NCBI GenBank assembly: GCA_963840455.1
Contig: CAWIYV010000011.1
Coordinates: 800,001-864,000 of the forward strand
DNA: 64,000 nucleotides
From: Nitrospirota bacterium
Lineage (GTDB): Bacteria; Nitrospirota; UBA9217
Direction: 5' to 3'
The position numbers and the translations under genes were made by a program. The notes below the pieces were generated by a model. That model searched no databases and had not been told where the DNA came from. It worked only from the letters and a program-made list of their open reading frames with translations. Below are positions 60,192-64,000 of the stretch, in pieces (positions within the stretch are counted from its first letter, which is position 1; the number at the start of each line of letters is the position of its first letter).

Positions 60192-61214
60192 TCATTGCGT
60201 AAAGAGCTTCTCCGGCATAAAGGACACTCCATCTCTCATGATGTAATACGCTGCTCGTGCCAGTTTGTGTGACAGGGCTTGATGCGCTATCATTGCGTTG
60301 GTCTTTTGCATCTTTCGCTGGTAAAATGCCCGGGCCTCCGGATAATGGCGCCGGGCAATCTCGGCAGCTTCGGAAAAGGCCCACGCCAGGTACTTGTTGC
60401 CGCTCTTCTTGTTTCCTTTGCCCTTTTTCTTATCGTTGCTGATCCATTTTGTTGAAACCTTTCGGCAGTAGGAGCAGTAGTTGCCGACTTGCGCAAAACG
60501 GCTGATGGGGCCGGTTTCTAGCATGATCGTAAGTCCCAACGTTTTCCCCACACCTTGCATGGTGAGGAGCTTCGTGTATTGTTCGCGCAGCTCCATTCTT
60601 TCTTCGACGACGTTTTCAACGGCTTTGATCTGGCGCGTCAGAAAATCTATGGACTCCTTGCTGATCTTGCCAGCCAATGCCAGGTCCTCGTTCTGTTCAA
60701 GAAACGGCGCAACGCGATCTGTATTCAATGCCTTGACGTCATTCGTCTTGATCCGAAACCCATTGTTGCGGCAAATAATGTTCTGCAAGCTGATGATGAG
60801 CGAAGTCCTGAGCTTTACGAGATGACTTCTTTTGCGTAACAAGTCGCGGATCGGTCTATCTTCTTTCGGGTAAATGTAGCCTTCGGGCAGGATTCCGAGC
60901 CGCAGCATCTCGGCCAGCCAGAAGGCATCATGCTGATCGTCTGAATACTTGAGTCCCTTATATTGTTTAATCTCCGTAGGGTTGGCGAGATGAACCTTGT
61001 ATCCTTCCGCCATGAGTGCATCCACCAACCAGTACCAGTTGTACGTGGACTCGATGACGATGCCGGTAATTGCATCAATGTAGGGTGCGAGGGCGGAAAG
61101 AATTTGTTCCGAATCATTGGGGAGCTTCCTCTTGAACACCCGTTTACCAGTTTCATCGATGATCGCCAGATAACTGTTGCTTGAATGCAGATCAATTCCT
61201 GTGTACAATCGCAT
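60192..61214 (-). CDS. IS110 family recombinase/transposase
   Basis: GIDLH, IES, K.SD..DA (DEDD); T..GVG, E.G...RF, S.....KG..K.GN..L. Confidence 0.96.
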   Translation of the reverse strand: MRLYTGIDLHSSNSYLAIIDETGKRVFKRKLPNDSEQILSALAPYIDAITGIVIESTYNWYWLVDALMAEGYKVHLANPTEIKQYKGLKYSDDQHDAFWLAEMLRLGILPEGYIYPKEDRPIRDLLRKRSHLVKLRTSLIISLQNIICRNNGFRIKTNDVKALNTDRVAPFLEQNEDLALAGKISKESIDFLTRQIKAVENVVEERMELREQYTKLLTMQGVGKTLGLTIMLETGPISRFAQVGNYCSYCRKVSTKWISNDKKKGKGNKKSGNKYLAWAFSEAAEIARRHYPEARAFYQRKMQKTNAMIAHQALSHKLARAAYYIMRDGVSFMPEKLFTQ

Positions 61215-61474
61215 ACAGCACCTCCTGGGATGAGATTGGTCTCTTCTCCCAAGAGCATATCAGAGCTTAAACGTTCTGGTATGCTCTGGAGGTGCCCTTT
61301 ATATGGTTATACAGGTCTCTTTTGTTGCATTTCCCTCTTCCCCGCACCTTCGGACGCGGTCCCCTTCCCCTGCGAACCTCTCGCGGTCGGGTCGATACTG
61401 TCTCCCTTTATTGATCCATCTACCCCGCACCCCGTTTCACTCCTTCAGTATGCCTCATCAACCAAAGCAGCCGC

Positions 61475-61747
61475 TCATTTGAATGCGACGGCCGGATGGA
61501 GCTGGGCTGTTTCGAAGGTGATCAGTCCCGCCTGGACGAGCGGGTCCTGGTTCACGACCTTGTCGGCTTCCTCCCTCGTCTCCGCCCTGACGACGATCAT
61601 ACCGCCATGGTCGCCCCACTTGCCGGCCTGCACGAGGACGCCCGCTGCGAGCTGCTGCCTGGCCCATTCCCGGTGCAAGGGGATCGCCTTGCTGATCTGC
61701 GCCCGGTCCGCGTTGGATTTGAACTTGTTGATCGACATGAAGTACAT
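61475..61747 (-). CDS. YciI-family protein
   Basis: H..W......G....AG.....GG, DP. Confidence 0.8.
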   Translation of the reverse strand: MYFMSINKFKSNADRAQISKAIPLHREWARQQLAAGVLVQAGKWGDHGGMIVVRAETREEADKVVNQDPLVQAGLITFETAQLHPAVAFK

Positions 61748-61992
61748 GCTTGTATCCCTCTTGGGACCCCTCAGGATCAGGTCTCTTTTGTTGCATTTCC
61801 TTCTTGCCGGGAGCCCGCGAGGGTCACGATACTTCCGACACGGTGACAGGGAGACGCGGAGACACGGGGATAAGCAGAAGTCGTCCGAATCTCAGAGAAC
61901 CCGTTACGCCGCCGCCTTGCGCGCTCTGTACTTCAGGGTCATGGGGCACGGGCCAGCGGTTCGATCCAGTTCTGCTGCGACCGGCAGCCTGG

Positions 61993-62382
61993 TCAACGGG
62001 CGCCGATCTTCTTTTCGACAAATGCCCGCAGCGCCCGCACCATGTCCAGAGCGGCCGTGCGGTCAAGTTTCGTCTCCACGGAAATGTCTTCATAGCGCAA
62101 CAGCGTGCCGTAGGGTGTCAGCAGGTCGAGGTCGGCGAGGGAGGACGGCAAGGGGTGTCCGGCATCCGTTAAAAGGTCCATCAACAGCCGTAGATTGTGC
62201 GTGCGGGGAAAGTGAACGCTGAATTCAGAGAGCAGCGCCTTGAGGAGCTTTTCCGAGGCCTGCTGGGCATGGAATCCGAATATCTCATTGCTGATCCGCT
62301 CCCGGTCGACCACTTCGGCGAGAAGCGCCTCGTCCTCGACGGCCTTGCGGACGAACAGGAGCGCCTGTTCATGCTGCCTCAT
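61993..62382 (-). CDS. HEPN-domain protein (MNT-HEPN toxin)
   Basis: FHAQQASEKLLKA, RTHNL..L, RY. Confidence 0.9.
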   Translation of the reverse strand: MRQHEQALLFVRKAVEDEALLAEVVDRERISNEIFGFHAQQASEKLLKALLSEFSVHFPRTHNLRLLMDLLTDAGHPLPSSLADLDLLTPYGTLLRYEDISVETKLDRTAALDMVRALRAFVEKKIGAR

Positions 62383-62686
62383 ACAGCACCTTGCCTTCGC
62401 GGAGAGCGTCAAAATACACGTTGCCGGGCGTGGTAGCCCAATACTCGAACGTAGCCTGGCTTACCACGAGGAGGTCGACGGAGATGCGGAGCGGGCTCAG
62501 AACGCGGTTCAGGCGTGCCATTTCAGCAACGCGGTCCTTGACATCGGCCTCCACGATCAGCAGATCGACGTCGCTGTCCTCGCGCGGCTCGCCCCTGCCG
62601 TAGGAACCGAACAGAATGATCTTGCGCGGACGGGCCGCGTCCGAGAGGATCCTCGCTGCCTCCGCGATCTTTTCCTGTGCGACCAT
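62369..62686 (-). CDS. minimal nucleotidyltransferase (MNT antitoxin)
   Basis: ILFGSYGRG....DSDVDLL, VDLLV, EG.VLY. Confidence 0.92.
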   Translation of the reverse strand: MVAQEKIAEAARILSDAARPRKIILFGSYGRGEPREDSDVDLLIVEADVKDRVAEMARLNRVLSPLRISVDLLVVSQATFEYWATTPGNVYFDALREGKVLYEAA

Positions 62687-62779
62687 GCTCTCACGGCCTC
62701 CTGACCGGTACACCTTTTTGTAGCATAACGGGACGCCAAATACAAGGCGAAACCGGCAGCCACTGCGATCTAAAATCAT

Positions 62780-62849
62780 GACACGGGGACGCGGTGACAC
62801 GGAGACGATACTTCCGACAGGGAGACGCGGTGACACGGGGACACGGTGA
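62780..62849 (+). repeat. 8-bp-period tandem repeat (related block at 61828-61870)
   Basis: GACACGGG/GACGCGGT/GACACGGA units with shared CGATACTTCCGACA. Confidence 0.75.
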
Positions 62850-62918
62850 TATGACCCCCTGAGGGTCAGTTCTTTCCTCTCGAAATTCCCCGTTTGCCCA
62901 CCTGCCTTTTTCTTGAGC

Positions 62919-63146
62919 TCAGCAGCAGGAACTGATCTCAGCGGTTATGTCTATGACCGGGATGTCTTGCAGAAATCGCTTGAGTTTCTGTTCTTCCTGC
63001 GGGGTTATGGACGGATAGGACAGGACTTCCAATTCGGTGATAAAAGAAACGGAGAATTCGCCCTCGGGCAGGGCATCGACGGGGATTTTCTTTCCAATCA
63101 GGTAGAGCAGGATATTGGTGTCGAGCAGGAACCTATTTCCACTCAC
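62919..63146 (-). pseudogene. vapC: VapC/PIN toxin, C-terminally truncated
   Basis: LLDTNIL, S.ITELE; ends at 75 aa, before the distal catalytic Asp residues. Confidence 0.8.
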
Positions 63147-63348
63147 TCCTTACTCTCCTTTGATAGCTCAACGGTTCTTCTTCGATATGCACGATCCCGG
63201 CATAGTCTCTCAATTTTTCCCTGACCATGCCGTGCTGTCCCGGCTCCAGGATCCGCTCGATCTTCGTCCATTCAGCGTAGTCGATGATGACTTCCACCGG
63301 TTTGTTGTGCTCGTCCAGCACGATCTTTTTATGGATTGTTCCGCTCAT
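63133..63348 (-). CDS. putative antitoxin upstream of vapC
   Basis: D....PVEVII.Y.EW, L.YQ...R.EW; overlaps the vapC start. Confidence 0.7.
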   Translation of the reverse strand: MSGTIHKKIVLDEHNKPVEVIIDYAEWTKIERILEPGQHGMVREKLRDYAGIVHIEEEPLSYQRRVRSEWK

Positions 63349-63708
63349 AGCAGCCGCCGAAAACCACGGTTTTTCCGCACCATTCGTTCTCAAAATGACT
63401 ATAGTACAACGAGAGGGAAAATGCAATGAGAAGTTACCGTTTTGCTCTTCGGCATTCTTCTGCGCCGCCAGACGCGGGGATGTGCAGAAGTCCCCCGAAT
63501 CTTAGACCACCTGCGGGTCAGGGCCATACGGAAGATCATTCCTTTGCTTTTTCCAGCCGATCCAGCAGTGACCTCATAGGGTCGGACTTAAAGATTGAAT
63601 TACTTCCCAGCGCCCAGTTGGGGGTCAACTCTTTACCGTTGACATTCCCCGCTGTTTCGCTTCTGCTGTGCCCATTCTTCCCCGCTCCCGCCTGCACGAC
63701 CCCGCGCT

Positions 63709-64000
63709 CTATTTAAGCACATCGACCTGAACATTCCCATAGGGATTTTCATCGGCATCGAGCCTATATCCCATGCAGGACGGCATGGGCGTTGCCCCGT
63801 CATTGGCAAATATGCCCCACCGCGCGAAAAAGGCGTCGACAACGGCTCCGGTGAAAACAGCCGGGGCCAGGAAAAGATCTGCATTGCTGGGCTTGACGTG
63901 GAAGTGGATATGGCTTCCGATCCCCGCGTTCGGAGGCAGGTACATGTACGCAATGATGTCGCCTTTCGTGACGCGCTGCCCCCGGGAGACAAGGATGAAC
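63709..64000 (-). CDS. 3' end of a possible M23-peptidase-like protein (partial)
   Basis: GQRVTKGDII and HIHF motifs. Confidence 0.5.
   Translation of the reverse strand, partial: FILVSRGQRVTKGDIIAYMYLPPNAGIGSHIHFHVKPSNADLFLAPAVFTGAVVDAFFARWGIFANDGATPMPSCMGYRLDADENPYGNVQVDVLK

Larger units (their letters stand above)
59785..61313 (-). mobile_element. IS110 family (IS1111-type) element, intact
   Basis: Short left end, 340-aa recombinase, ~400-bp non-coding right end, 16-bp subterminal IR (15/16 match), TG core at both ends. Confidence 0.95.

Noticed and set aside
62780-62849. CRISPR-like array
   Set aside because: 8-bp period with no unique spacers; no cas genes or regularly spaced 25-45-bp repeats anywhere in the window.

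Overview
GC-rich bacterial window; gene content and repeat families suggest an anaerobic Nitrospirota- or Desulfobacterota-like organism (inference only). Positions 1-6.7 kb are core-like: cytochrome c biogenesis system II genes, mnmA, modE and a tungstate/molybdate ABC operon with two tupA paralogs. Positions 7-47.5 kb are a mosaic of unrelated single-gene units, gene fragments and several repeat families. Many of these units are bounded by a GACCTGACCC(C/T)-type motif, and two RAYT/TnpA(Y1) N-terminal relics are present. An IS110/IS1111-type element (intact at 59785-61313, deleted copy at 37622-38685, transposase-less relative at 13561-13940) inserts at the TG of that motif. Its ~400-nt right end contains a readable target-binding loop and what looks like a second one. 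A candidate ~300-nt multi-helix non-coding RNA with promoter-like and terminator signals lies at 25439-25790. An AT-rich island at 47.6-59.7 kb encodes ParB-like, PD-(D/E)xK nuclease, SNF2 helicase, second ParB-like, DGQHR, metallo-beta-lactamase and radical SAM proteins, followed by Nudix, HNH, PD-(D/E)xK and DUF429 genes. I do not recognise this as a described system. No rRNA, tRNA or CRISPR array was seen. All calls are by eye; no database searches were run.
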